From contig CAMNHK010000003.1 of NCBI GenBank assembly GCA_946539445.1, positions 1,746-65,745 of the forward strand: 64,000 nucleotides of DNA, in the 5' to 3' direction. Position 1 is the stretch's first letter, and every line of letters begins with the position of its first letter. Source of the stretch: an uncultured Bacillales bacterium (lineage in GTDB: Bacteria > Bacillota_I > Bacilli_A > RF39 > UBA660). Position numbers and translations under genes: made by a program. The notes under the pieces were generated by a model. It did no database searches. It was not told where the DNA came from and saw only the letters and a program-made list of their open reading frames with translations. Below are positions 36,923 through 45,952 of this stretch, one piece after another.

Positions 36923-37730
36923 CTTTCAATTTTGTTTCAATTTCATCATAATTAGCAGATTTGCTAACTCGATAAGACTGAGCTTTCTCACCGTCTCTTA
37001 ACAGACGACCATATACAGAGAATTGATATTGGTCCTCCAACCCAAAGAAACGAGTACATGTAGACAAGGAAGCAATACTATCACTACTATTAACATCCAC
37101 ATCATATTTGTAAAGATTGTGTTTTAAAACACTGTCTAAATACTTCTGCATCTCTTCCGTACTATAATCATCACCCAATGGATAGAAATACAAATCAATC
37201 TTTGGAATAAATGCAACAGCAAAGATTTTATAAACATAATCTTTACCATCCAAAGTCAATTGGAAATATTGATTCTTTTGAGCAAAATCGTAATAAACGA
37301 AATCCATTAATTGCTCAAAACGATCAAAGTCTTCGGATTCTAATTCCGGTTTAGAAGATAAATTGAAAATATTATGTCCTTCTATTTTCAAATTATTATG
37401 GAAGGATGGTTTATAATTGGTTAACCATGTATATCCATCTAATTCTACAGGATAATCTTCCACATCCTCATCCGCATTTTTTATGACCGGCAAATCAATA
37501 TCGGTACCTTGTACTTGAATCCAACCAACCGTATCATAAGCATTTTCAGCTCCTGTAATATCCGTCATTTGAACCATATCCACTCTTGACTCTGCTTCAA
37601 AAGTATGACTAGGACGGAACAGCTGAACTAGTAATAGAATGGTGAATAAAACCACAAAGCTGCATCCTATAAAGAGATACAAAATTGAGTTACCATTCAT
37701 TTTGCGTTTTTTCTTCTTTAATTCACTCAT
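36897..37730 (-). CDS. Class B sortase-like transpeptidase
   Basis: 277 aa. N-terminal TM, then TVGWIQVQGTDIDLPVIKNADED (SrtB-type GWI..GT.IDYPV motif), catalytic His context KIEGHNIF, catalytic Cys context IASLSTCTRF and a downstream Arg (VYGRLLRDG). Confidence 0.7.
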   Translation of the reverse strand: MSELKKKKRKMNGNSILYLFIGCSFVVLFTILLLVQLFRPSHTFEAESRVDMVQMTDITGAENAYDTVGWIQVQGTDIDLPVIKNADEDVEDYPVELDGYTWLTNYKPSFHNNLKIEGHNIFNLSSKPELESEDFDRFEQLMDFVYYDFAQKNQYFQLTLDGKDYVYKIFAVAFIPKIDLYFYPLGDDYSTEEMQKYLDSVLKHNLYKYDVDVNSSDSIASLSTCTRFFGLEDQYQFSVYGRLLRDGEKAQSYRVSKSANYDEIETKLKGDDESAEA

Positions 37731-37753
37731 ACAACTAACTCTCCTTATCTAAT

Positions 37754-39553
37754 TTATTTGATAACATATGGAGAGTCAAATGTACCTTCTCCACTGCTAA
37801 CAACCGCATCTTTTTTGAGATATCCAACTACACGCACATGTAATCTCATATACTCTGGAATTTCCTGATTTAGAGGAACCCCAATATTATAAATAGCTCC
37901 AATCGTTCGAGGACCTTGAGAAGCATTAATGGTCCAGAACGACTCACACCACGAATTTCTTTGAGGTTGGGCCGCAAACATTTCAAACATATTTGGTGCA
38001 CTAAGTTTTACTTTATATTTTTCAGTTTTAATCTCTTCCCCATAAATAATCTTATCTTTATAAACAGGAACTTCAATTTCATGGCTTACAAACAAGGATG
38101 TATTGATGTACTTACTGATTCGGTTATTAATATAATAAGCAACACTTGTACTATCTTTTGGATCATAAGTAATGACTGGATCAGCACCATTAGCAGAACA
38201 TACTACATTATCAGAAGAATTTCCAACCGTTCCTTCCGAAATAATACGAGTTGTTCCATCTTTTAAAGTATCTACAATTCGGTAAACAAAACTATTAATG
38301 GACAAGTACTCACCAGTAAATCTTTCATTTACAGGAGTACCACCCTTAGCTTTCTTAACATCTCCTATTACAAAAGGATTGGTTATCGTACCATTTCCCC
38401 CCGTTAATAAAGTATCACCCTTGATAGTCATCATAGGACGAACTCCATAATAATGTTCTGGGTCATATGGTAAATATACTTTTCCAAGATCTTCTCCAAA
38501 GAAGAAATTTCTTGTAATATAAGCCGTAGATTTATCTTGAGCATTTGCAATCCATGACATTGTAAAGGCTCTCATAAAGTTGTCATCTCCAGCCTGTGCT
38601 TTATTGATTTCAATAACAGATGGAACCGTCAACTTCTTAGCCTCAGAATAAGAAGTACACTCGACACTTCCAAGTGTTTCAGGGGTAACATTCATATTAC
38701 AATACTTAGTTGGAACAATTAAATCTTGAACTGTTGAATTTAAATGGTCGTAGAAATAATCCATCCAATCATCAATCTTTGTATAATTGACATTTGCTAT
38801 ATCCTCATCCGTTACTAAGATTACATTCTTATTATCATCAATTCCATAAATTCTAAATAAAATATTAGATAGACGAATATAATTATTATCAGGATTACCA
38901 ACATAATTAGTAGCATCTCCTAGACTCTTGGAAACAAAAGTATATAAAGTATTAACTACTTTAACCGTTCTCGTTTTAATCGTTCGATTGCTCAAACTAT
39001 CTAACGCCGTATATTGAATTTGATAAGATCCAACTTTTGAAGTATCAACTTCACCTTTAATAGTTACATTCTCAACTTTTAACTTACCATCAACATTATC
39101 GACAACGCTCTTAACACCAGGATCTTCAAAACTCTCTCCCACATCAAGCGTTACCGCATCTTCTCCATTTAATGTTATTTCAGGTCCTTTATGATCAACA
39201 TTGGAAGTAAGCATTCCACATTCTAGATAAACGTAGTATTTATATTCATTATTTTCTTTGCGAACTTTTACCCAACTATTATCAACCGAACAAGTCTTTT
39301 TTGTTAATGGAATAAATAAGTCTTTCTTTAAAAAAGATTTATGATACAACGTATTTAAAGAAAGAGTTTTAACTCTCTCTCCTGTAGGCAATTCATTTTG
39401 ATTTAATTCAAAATATCTTCTGGCCGCCTCCTCTAATGTCCTTTCATTATCATGAAAGGTAAGCATAGGTGATATTATCAAAAACCATACAAAGCAAAAA
39501 AGAATGGCAAGAGTAACCACCAATTTTAAATTTTTAACCACTTTTTTATTCAT
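37754..39553 (-). CDS. Membrane-anchored surface protein with Ig-like (DUF5011-type) domain, paralog of 14738..15949
   Basis: 599 aa. N-terminal TM. GPEITLNGEDAVTLDVGESFEDPGVKSVVDNVDGKL...SKVGSYQIQYTALDSLSN...RTVKVV fits the bacterial Ig-like DUF5011 pattern. Two copies of a module ending in G-x-G-T-x-x-x-P-[FY]-V-I. Confidence 0.65.
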   Translation of the reverse strand: MNKKVVKNLKLVVTLAILFCFVWFLIISPMLTFHDNERTLEEAARRYFELNQNELPTGERVKTLSLNTLYHKSFLKKDLFIPLTKKTCSVDNSWVKVRKENNEYKYYVYLECGMLTSNVDHKGPEITLNGEDAVTLDVGESFEDPGVKSVVDNVDGKLKVENVTIKGEVDTSKVGSYQIQYTALDSLSNRTIKTRTVKVVNTLYTFVSKSLGDATNYVGNPDNNYIRLSNILFRIYGIDDNKNVILVTDEDIANVNYTKIDDWMDYFYDHLNSTVQDLIVPTKYCNMNVTPETLGSVECTSYSEAKKLTVPSVIEINKAQAGDDNFMRAFTMSWIANAQDKSTAYITRNFFFGEDLGKVYLPYDPEHYYGVRPMMTIKGDTLLTGGNGTITNPFVIGDVKKAKGGTPVNERFTGEYLSINSFVYRIVDTLKDGTTRIISEGTVGNSSDNVVCSANGADPVITYDPKDSTSVAYYINNRISKYINTSLFVSHEIEVPVYKDKIIYGEEIKTEKYKVKLSAPNMFEMFAAQPQRNSWCESFWTINASQGPRTIGAIYNIGVPLNQEIPEYMRLHVRVVGYLKKDAVVSSGEGTFDSPYVIK

Positions 39554-39562
39554 AAATGCCTC

Positions 39563-41110
39563 CTACGCAATTTGATATTGATAATGCTTATTACGAACAA
39601 TGAAATCCAAATATAATTCTTTAGCCGTTTCCAATTCAACAGGAACCTTAAAGAAAACAGACTTTCCATAATAGGATTTAGGAATCGCATTTACCAACTC
39701 TATCGTATCTTCCTTATCATTAGCATCCTTATAATTAAGTTTACCATAGTTCACTAAAAAGTCAACCATATTTTTAGCCTCATAAACGTCCGAACTGAAC
39801 ACTATTTCAAGGAAACGGAAGTCCTCACCAGCCGCTAAATAATGCTCTGAAAAAGAGCAACTTCTAGAATTACATTCTTGGGTCGTATAAGTAACATCCG
39901 GATTTACTAAAGCGTACTCAAAACGTATAACATCACTCTTATATTGGAATCCTAAATCCAATTCATCTCCCATTGTTAACTTCTCAATTTCTCCAATTTT
40001 ACTGACATCTTTAACATTTAACTTAATTTTTCGCAAATATCCACCATTTTCCTGATAATAAAGAACAAAACGGTCTTTCTTCAAATCTTTATTTACTTTA
40101 TAAATAATAATACAATTTAAGACTTCCCCATTTTTTAAATTTCTAGCGGATTCATAAGACATACCTAAATCTTGAAACTCTTTGGCATAAGTCTTATTCG
40201 TTGTAATAGAATCAAAAGATCCATTACGAATATGAAAGTTTTCCAAATAAACCGTTCTCAACCCAGCATGATTCTCTATCGTAAGATCTATAATAACAAA
40301 ACTGCTATTCTTCTCTATCACGTTACCAGCAAAATCTTTATCCGTATAATAGGCTTTATTAATTTTAAATGTAAAACCATTAATTTGATAGGAATCTCCT
40401 TCACTATAACTTTTATGTGTGACAAAGATTAATTGATATAAATTGAATAAAAGAACAATTCCTAAAATTGCCACAATTCCTTGGCATATTCTTTTATGTT
40501 CTTCATAGAAATACATCGCATGTCGTTTGTGTTTACGGAAAACTCTAAGAAGCGTGTTTTTATCGAAACTGATTCCAATTTCTATTTCTTCACGGTCTTC
40601 TTCACTTAATTCCAAGAATTCTTTATCCGAATTAAAATCAAACTTTTTAAAATCAAGCCCAAATACACGCATAATATACACGGCAATAACCGGTAACTGA
40701 GCAATGATAAAAATCATCAATAAGTCTCGGGACAATCGTAAATCCGTAGTTTCAACATCATTAGAAAATCCATTAAAGAAACTTCGAATCATCATTAGCA
40801 CTAAGAATAATACAAAATACTCTACTACTGGTACTAAATATAGTTTCCAAGGTTTTTTCTTATGCAACAATAAGAATAGTAAAGAAACGCTTCCTACAAT
40901 CAACAAAAAAATAGAAAACATCAACCAACCAGTAATATGTTTCGTAATAGGATCTTTATATAAATCATAAGTTCCTAGTCTCATAAATTCATTAACAAAG
41001 GAGCTAACATCAAAAAGTTTATAAGCAACAAATAAACTTAAAAGAAGTAAGAATACATGAATTTTACGAAAGTTCTTAATTAAAAAGGCATATGGCTTTC
41101 TAATAATCAT
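39563..41110 (-). CDS. Polytopic membrane protein with large extracytoplasmic C-terminal domain (first gene of the block)
   Basis: Start set at MIIRKPYAF (ATG 41110, AAGGGAG 10 nt upstream). About 5 TMs in the first 160 aa, one more near residue 215, then a ~290-aa beta-rich region. No catalytic motif recognised; in particular no GxGD prepilin-peptidase motif. Confidence 0.6.
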   Translation of the reverse strand: MIIRKPYAFLIKNFRKIHVFLLLLSLFVAYKLFDVSSFVNEFMRLGTYDLYKDPITKHITGWLMFSIFLLIVGSVSLLFLLLHKKKPWKLYLVPVVEYFVLFLVLMMIRSFFNGFSNDVETTDLRLSRDLLMIFIIAQLPVIAVYIMRVFGLDFKKFDFNSDKEFLELSEEDREEIEIGISFDKNTLLRVFRKHKRHAMYFYEEHKRICQGIVAILGIVLLFNLYQLIFVTHKSYSEGDSYQINGFTFKINKAYYTDKDFAGNVIEKNSSFVIIDLTIENHAGLRTVYLENFHIRNGSFDSITTNKTYAKEFQDLGMSYESARNLKNGEVLNCIIIYKVNKDLKKDRFVLYYQENGGYLRKIKLNVKDVSKIGEIEKLTMGDELDLGFQYKSDVIRFEYALVNPDVTYTTQECNSRSCSFSEHYLAAGEDFRFLEIVFSSDVYEAKNMVDFLVNYGKLNYKDANDKEDTIELVNAIPKSYYGKSVFFKVPVELETAKELYLDFIVRNKHYQYQIA

Positions 41111-41192
41111 ACTGTACACACTCCCTTATTATTACTATAAATTAGTATACAGTATTTTCTAGTTTTTTAAAAGTATCTTTTCAAAAAAAGGC

Positions 41193-41221
41193 AAAAAAAA
41201 ATAACTTATATTATAAGTTAT
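41193..41221 (-). terminator. Weak A/T-rich hairpin + T-run after greA
   Basis: ATAACTTAT-att-ATAAGTTAT (9 bp, only one G-C pair) overlapping the greA stop, then 8 T on the minus strand. Confidence 0.3.
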
Positions 41222-41688
41222 TTAATTTCAACAATCTCTACGTCATAGCTTCCATTAGGGCTATTAACAGTAACGATGTCTCCTACTTTGTGATCAAATA
41301 AAGCTTGAGCAATTGGGCTTTCATTAGAAATACGACTTTCAAATGGATCAGCTTCTTGACTTCCAACAATCTTATATTCTTCTTCATCATCATCATCGAC
41401 ATACTTAATAGAAACTGTATTACCAATTCCAACCGTATCCGTTTGAACATCCGTAATGATAGAAACATTTTCTAACATTTTCTCTAATTGCTTAATACGA
41501 TTTTCAATTTGAGCTTGTTCATTTCTAGCAGCATCATATTCTGCATTCTCAGATAAATCTCCTAAAGCTCTAGCTTCTTTAATAGCTTGAACATTTTCTG
41601 GACGACGTACATTAATTAAATCATCCAATTCTTTCTTTAAATCATCTAAACCTTCTTGAGTTAAATAAACAGTATTTTTATTTCCCAT
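41218..41688 (-). CDS. greA: Transcription elongation factor GreA
   Basis: Start at MGNKNTVYLTQEGL (GAGGTGA 5 nt upstream). DLSENAEYDAARNEQ is the conserved coiled-coil tip motif. 156 aa. Confidence 0.92.
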   Translation of the reverse strand: MGNKNTVYLTQEGLDDLKKELDDLINVRRPENVQAIKEARALGDLSENAEYDAARNEQAQIENRIKQLEKMLENVSIITDVQTDTVGIGNTVSIKYVDDDDEEEYKIVGSQEADPFESRISNESPIAQALFDHKVGDIVTVNSPNGSYDVEIVEIK

Positions 41689-41777
41689 ATTCATCACCTC
41701 ATAATTTTTGATAAGTCATAACTAGACTAACTTGACATAATATATCATACTTTTTTAAGAATTTCAATATGCAATTT

Positions 41778-42221
41778 TTATTTCGTTTTTTTCTTCTCGT
41801 AAACCGTATGTCCTTGATTTATTTGATTCGTAACAGCTGTTAACTCATTATAATCACTAACGGTTTTATTCAAATGAAGATAAGCAGGTAACGCACCTAA
41901 AATGGTAATAGTTCCAATTCCTACCGTTGCTACAACAGCTCCTGGAACAGAATAAGGAATACCACCAACAATTAAACTACCAGCAGCACAAGCTGTAATA
42001 CCAGAAGCATAAAGACCAACACAAGCTCTTTTATACTTTTTATGAGTATCCTCTAATTCACCCGTAATAGCTTGTCTTTGTTGTGCTTGAATCGAACGAA
42101 TACGTTCAATATTCTCAGAAGTACATCGAATATTATTCAAACAAGTACCATCCGCATATACGACCGTTAATGTTTGATTGGCCGCCATCTTAACATCAAC
42201 AATAATTTTTTCTTTTTTCAT
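41778..42221 (-). CDS. Hypothetical membrane protein
   Basis: 147 aa. Soluble N-terminal half, then two Gly/Ala-rich TMs (GITACAAGSLIVGGIPYSVPGAVVATVGIGTITILGALPAY). Confidence 0.5.
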   Translation of the reverse strand: MKKEKIIVDVKMAANQTLTVVYADGTCLNNIRCTSENIERIRSIQAQQRQAITGELEDTHKKYKRACVGLYASGITACAAGSLIVGGIPYSVPGAVVATVGIGTITILGALPAYLHLNKTVSDYNELTAVTNQINQGHTVYEKKKTK

Positions 42222-42289
42222 AAATAAAACCCCCTTTTTTTATGAAACACTCTCTTCCAAAGAAGTAGCCATATTATACCACAAAAAGC

Positions 42290-42313
42290 AAAAAAAAACA
42301 AGTAAAACTTGTT
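42290..42313 (-). terminator. Intrinsic terminator after the HD-domain gene
   Basis: Minus strand AACAAGT-ttt-ACTTGTT followed by about 9 T. Confidence 0.45.
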
Positions 42314-42314
42314 T

Positions 42315-43442
42315 TTAAACGCCTGCATTCTCGATTTCACGAATAAACAATTCATCGGTCATACCAGCAATAAAATCAATAACCATTCTCTTAGGATTGG
42401 TATTTTGAAGATATTCCTCATTTTGAGAATCCAAAAAGATAGAATAAATAATACTATCATGATTCTCTTCTTCAATATCCTTTAAGTATTGAGAATAGAT
42501 TTTCTCCATTCCTTCCCTATATCTCTTTTTTTCTTGCTCAGTCATACTAAAACGATAAATATGTTCCATATTAAAACGTTTAAGAGCAAACAAAGCTTTA
42601 TAGACTTTATCACTCATCTTGATATAAGGTTGATCCATACTATTCTCAATAATATCCAAAATAATGGTATTAACAATTTCTTTATTCGTAGAACCTAATA
42701 CTTCTTGAATCTCCTTAGGTAATTCTTCTCTTTTGATTTTCCCAATCATAATAGCATCTTCAATATCACGACCAATATATCCAATAATATCACTAATACG
42801 AACAACGCATCCTTCTAAGGTCATAGGATGATTTTGATTCGATTTTTTTAAATCATGATAAGAATCTTCAAATTCTCTTAAAAATTCTTTTGAATCTTTT
42901 GGAACAGGTACATAAGTAGAATTTAACATTTCCCCATTATGGCACATAATACCATCATAAACTTGTACACAAAGATTTAATCCTTTTCCATGATTTTCAA
43001 CAATCATCAAGTGACGAACACTCTGAATATTATGAGCAAAGTATTCTCCTAATTCTCGAAGAGATATTTCGTTAAGCATTGCCTCTCCTTCATGTCCCAA
43101 AGGAGTATGGCCAATATCATGTCCCAAAGCAATAGCTTCAATCAAATCCTCATTTAAGGATAAAGCCCTACCAATCGTCCTAGCAATCTTACTAACCAAC
43201 TGTACATGGGTAATACGCTTACTAATATGATCGTTCTCACTTCTAGTAAATACCTGTGTTTTATCCAAATAACGAGTATAAGACAAAGAATGAATAATTC
43301 GATCAATATCATGAAAATAAGGAGGTCTCATATCTTCCTCATCTTCCCTTAATCGAACGGCATCACTACTCTTACAAGCATAAGGACTTAAATTTTTTTC
43401 ATTATTTAAAAAATTATTCTTTGCTTTTTCAAATACATCCAT
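42315..43442 (-). CDS. HD-domain dNTP triphosphohydrolase-like protein (dGTPase family)
   Basis: Start at MDVFEKAKNNF (AGGAG upstream). RPPYFHDIDRIIHS, RITHVQLVSKIAR and the metal site LGHDIGHTPLGHEGE. Confidence 0.8.
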   Translation of the reverse strand: MDVFEKAKNNFLNNEKNLSPYACKSSDAVRLREDEEDMRPPYFHDIDRIIHSLSYTRYLDKTQVFTRSENDHISKRITHVQLVSKIARTIGRALSLNEDLIEAIALGHDIGHTPLGHEGEAMLNEISLRELGEYFAHNIQSVRHLMIVENHGKGLNLCVQVYDGIMCHNGEMLNSTYVPVPKDSKEFLREFEDSYHDLKKSNQNHPMTLEGCVVRISDIIGYIGRDIEDAIMIGKIKREELPKEIQEVLGSTNKEIVNTIILDIIENSMDQPYIKMSDKVYKALFALKRFNMEHIYRFSMTEQEKKRYREGMEKIYSQYLKDIEEENHDSIIYSIFLDSQNEEYLQNTNPKRMVIDFIAGMTDELFIREIENAGV

Positions 43443-43452
43443 ATAAATTCTC

Positions 43453-43863
43453 CTATTTCTTAGTACCAAAAACCGATTTTACTTTTTGCTCAACTTCTTT
43501 TTCTTTTTCTTTTGATTGAACTTTCATATCATCATAGATTTTCTTCCATGGAGATCCCTCATAAGAATCAATATATAAATCCAAATCTTCTGAATTAATA
43601 TGATTCCGAGGAACCAAATCACTCTTTTTAATCACTAAATGATACCCATATTTTAGCATTTTATCACAATTTCGAGAAAAACCATCTAATGCTCCATTCT
43701 TAATATCTCCATCGGAAATAATATCAATCATAGAATATCCTGTTAATATTTCTTTTACTGTAAAAAAATTTTTTTGAACAATAACATGACCAACACATAC
43801 AAGTTCGCCATATTTTGGATAACGATACAATACTTTATACAAAGGAACTTTAAACAATTTCAT
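43453..43863 (-). CDS. Hypothetical protein
   Basis: 136-aa ORF that overlaps the 3' end of the U32 gene by 14 nt. No motif recognised. Confidence 0.45.
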   Translation of the reverse strand: MKLFKVPLYKVLYRYPKYGELVCVGHVIVQKNFFTVKEILTGYSMIDIISDGDIKNGALDGFSRNCDKMLKYGYHLVIKKSDLVPRNHINSEDLDLYIDSYEGSPWKKIYDDMKVQSKEKEKEVEQKVKSVFGTKK

Positions 43864-45043
43864 CTTTTCTTCGAACCACCTTTATCATAGAATACTCTGG
43901 TATTTCTATAGAAGTTTCATATTTTAAATAATAAATATTATCTGGATGTCTAGCAACATCTACCGAATTTTTATCTTCATCCAATAGTTCTTGAACAGCA
44001 AACTCAAGATGATCTCCTCTTGGAGTAAATAGCTCAACTACATCCCCTACTTCAAAATAATTACGTTCATAGAACTGAATCCAGCCATTTTCACAAGAAA
44101 TAACTTGTCCTAAATAATCTTGATTAGAAACTTCACTACGTCCACTATAATACTGATCCGTATAATCTGCTTCCTTCATAAAATAATGAGTGGAAGTTTC
44201 ACGGTTTGCTACACGATCTAGTCTTTCCTGAAATACCTTCATATTTTCTTCATCCAAAGTATGATCATAATAACGATCAATAATCTCTCGATAAGTTCCA
44301 ATAACCGTTGCCAAATAATAAAGAGAGCGCATTCTTCCTTCCACTTTTAGGCTACGAACTCCAATATCAATTAAATCTCCAATATACCGAGACATATTCA
44401 TATCTTTTAGAGCCATTGTAAATTCTTTATCTTCTCCTGTATCAAAAGAAAAGCGACAAACTTGAGCGCACCCTCCACGATTGGCATCCCGATTGGTTAC
44501 ATAATTTGATAAAGCACATCTTCCACTAAAGCAAGTACACATAGCCCCATGAATAAACACCTCAATACTAACATTTACTTTTTGAATAATCTCAGCAATT
44601 TGTTTTTTAGAGAGTTCACGAGCTAAAACAACACGATCCACTCCTTCTTTTTGAAAAAACTCAATTGCTTTATAATTACTCGTAGAATTTTGAGTAGACA
44701 AATGAACTTCCACTTGTGGATAATTCGATTTAATATAAGAAATAATAAAAGGATCACTAACAATAAAAGCATCAATTCCAGCATCTACGACTTGACCAAT
44801 ATACTCTTCTACTTCTCCCATATCTTCATTATGAAAAACAATATTTAAAGTCAAATGAACTCTTTTTCCTAAAGCATGAGCAAATTGACACCCTTCTCGA
44901 ATTTCATCCAACGTAAAGTTATTAGCATTTGCCCTTAAACTATATTTTTCTCCTCCAATATATACGGCATCTGCCCCATATAAAAGAGTTACTTTTAAAC
45001 GTTCTAAATCTCCAGCTGGAGATAATAATTCAATCTTATCCAT
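43850..45043 (-). CDS. Peptidase U32 family protein (YrrO/TrhP-like)
   Basis: 397 aa. ELLSPAGDLERLKVTLLYGADAVYIGG and the Cys cluster HGAMCTCFSGRCALSNY...GGCAQVCR typical of U32. Sits in yrrM-yrrN-yrrO-like order. Confidence 0.85.
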   Translation of the reverse strand: MDKIELLSPAGDLERLKVTLLYGADAVYIGGEKYSLRANANNFTLDEIREGCQFAHALGKRVHLTLNIVFHNEDMGEVEEYIGQVVDAGIDAFIVSDPFIISYIKSNYPQVEVHLSTQNSTSNYKAIEFFQKEGVDRVVLARELSKKQIAEIIQKVNVSIEVFIHGAMCTCFSGRCALSNYVTNRDANRGGCAQVCRFSFDTGEDKEFTMALKDMNMSRYIGDLIDIGVRSLKVEGRMRSLYYLATVIGTYREIIDRYYDHTLDEENMKVFQERLDRVANRETSTHYFMKEADYTDQYYSGRSEVSNQDYLGQVISCENGWIQFYERNYFEVGDVVELFTPRGDHLEFAVQELLDEDKNSVDVARHPDNIYYLKYETSIEIPEYSMIKVVRRKDEIV

Positions 45044-45893
45044 TTTTCTTCACCCTATAGATTGTTTTCCTAAAAAAGAAATTCGTACTATCCCCAATCT
45101 TTTTATATTTTTCAACATATTTATCATCCATACATTGATCTTGAATATATTGATAAGTATCTGTTAATAATTCTTCAAAGTTATCTTCTAATCCAAACTC
45201 ACGAATAATTACATATGGACAACCAGCTTGATATAAAGGCTTTAGAATACTAGTACCATTAGTTACCACATCCAAAAAGAAATTCGTTCCATTAGTATCT
45301 TCCCTTAATTGATAATTGGTATCCGTCATCTTTTCGTGAATGGTAAGAGAATCCTTTGCCTTTTTTCCCAAATCTTGATAATAATTCGTAATTAGTTTTC
45401 TCTTAGAAAAAGCCACACTTGGTTTACTAATAACTTCCACCATACAAGTAATAGAACTATTCTGAAGAATCTCTAAAATCTCTTCTAACGTAATTTCCTT
45501 TCCAAGTAAAGCAAACTCTACTCCTTTTGAATGATAATAATTACATGTTTTATAATTATTAACCATATGAGTTTGAGCCCAAACCAAATCAAAAGAAAGA
45601 TCGAGTTCCGTCTTTAATTCCAAAACAGCCAAATCATAAAAGAAAACACCCTTAATAGAATAAGAAGATAATTCTAATAAAACTTTCTTTAAAGCATCAA
45701 TCTCTTCGTTCATAAAATTCTTATTGATTTTTACAAAGATTTCCTTATCGGAATGAGAAACAATATCATGAATCTCTTCCATAGAAAAATAACAAGTACT
45801 TTCCACAGAAAATCCCTCTAAAGCTAGAATAATCCCATCACAAGAATTCAAGTAAACATCTTTTTTATTAGAAACTTCCATTAATAATTTCAT
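45036..45893 (-). CDS. Peptidase U32 family protein, short paralog (YrrN-like)
   Basis: 285 aa, overlapping the downstream U32 gene by 8 nt. TIM-barrel-like N-terminus. Called mainly from synteny with the B. subtilis yrrN-yrrO pair. Confidence 0.65.
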   Translation of the reverse strand: MKLLMEVSNKKDVYLNSCDGIILALEGFSVESTCYFSMEEIHDIVSHSDKEIFVKINKNFMNEEIDALKKVLLELSSYSIKGVFFYDLAVLELKTELDLSFDLVWAQTHMVNNYKTCNYYHSKGVEFALLGKEITLEEILEILQNSSITCMVEVISKPSVAFSKRKLITNYYQDLGKKAKDSLTIHEKMTDTNYQLREDTNGTNFFLDVVTNGTSILKPLYQAGCPYVIIREFGLEDNFEELLTDTYQYIQDQCMDDKYVEKYKKIGDSTNFFFRKTIYRVKKNG

Positions 45894-45952
45894 AAGACAC
45901 CTCTCACATATTATATAGCAAACAAAAAAAAAAGAAAAGATTACACTTTTCT

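Noticed and set aside
39380-39420. LPTG (599-aa protein) and LPTETG (403-aa protein, near 15650) as possible LPXTG sortase signals
   Set aside because: Neither fits L-P-x-T-G. Both lie near the N-terminus just after the membrane anchor, and neither is followed by a hydrophobic segment plus a basic tail.
14707-41110. Interpretation as a classical ICE or integrated conjugative plasmid
   Set aside because: I found no integrase/recombinase, relaxase, replication or partition gene, tRNA target or obvious flanking direct repeat. The flanks are core genes with their own terminators. HMM searches of the hypothetical ORFs are still needed to exclude a divergent relaxase.
41120-41192. Promoter for the first gene of the T4SS/Tad block
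   Set aside because: Only weak candidates were found (TTGAAA-17-TAGAAA; TATACT without a good -35). In this AT-rich context I cannot distinguish them from chance, so I report no promoter feature. Read-through from greA past its weak hairpin is also possible.
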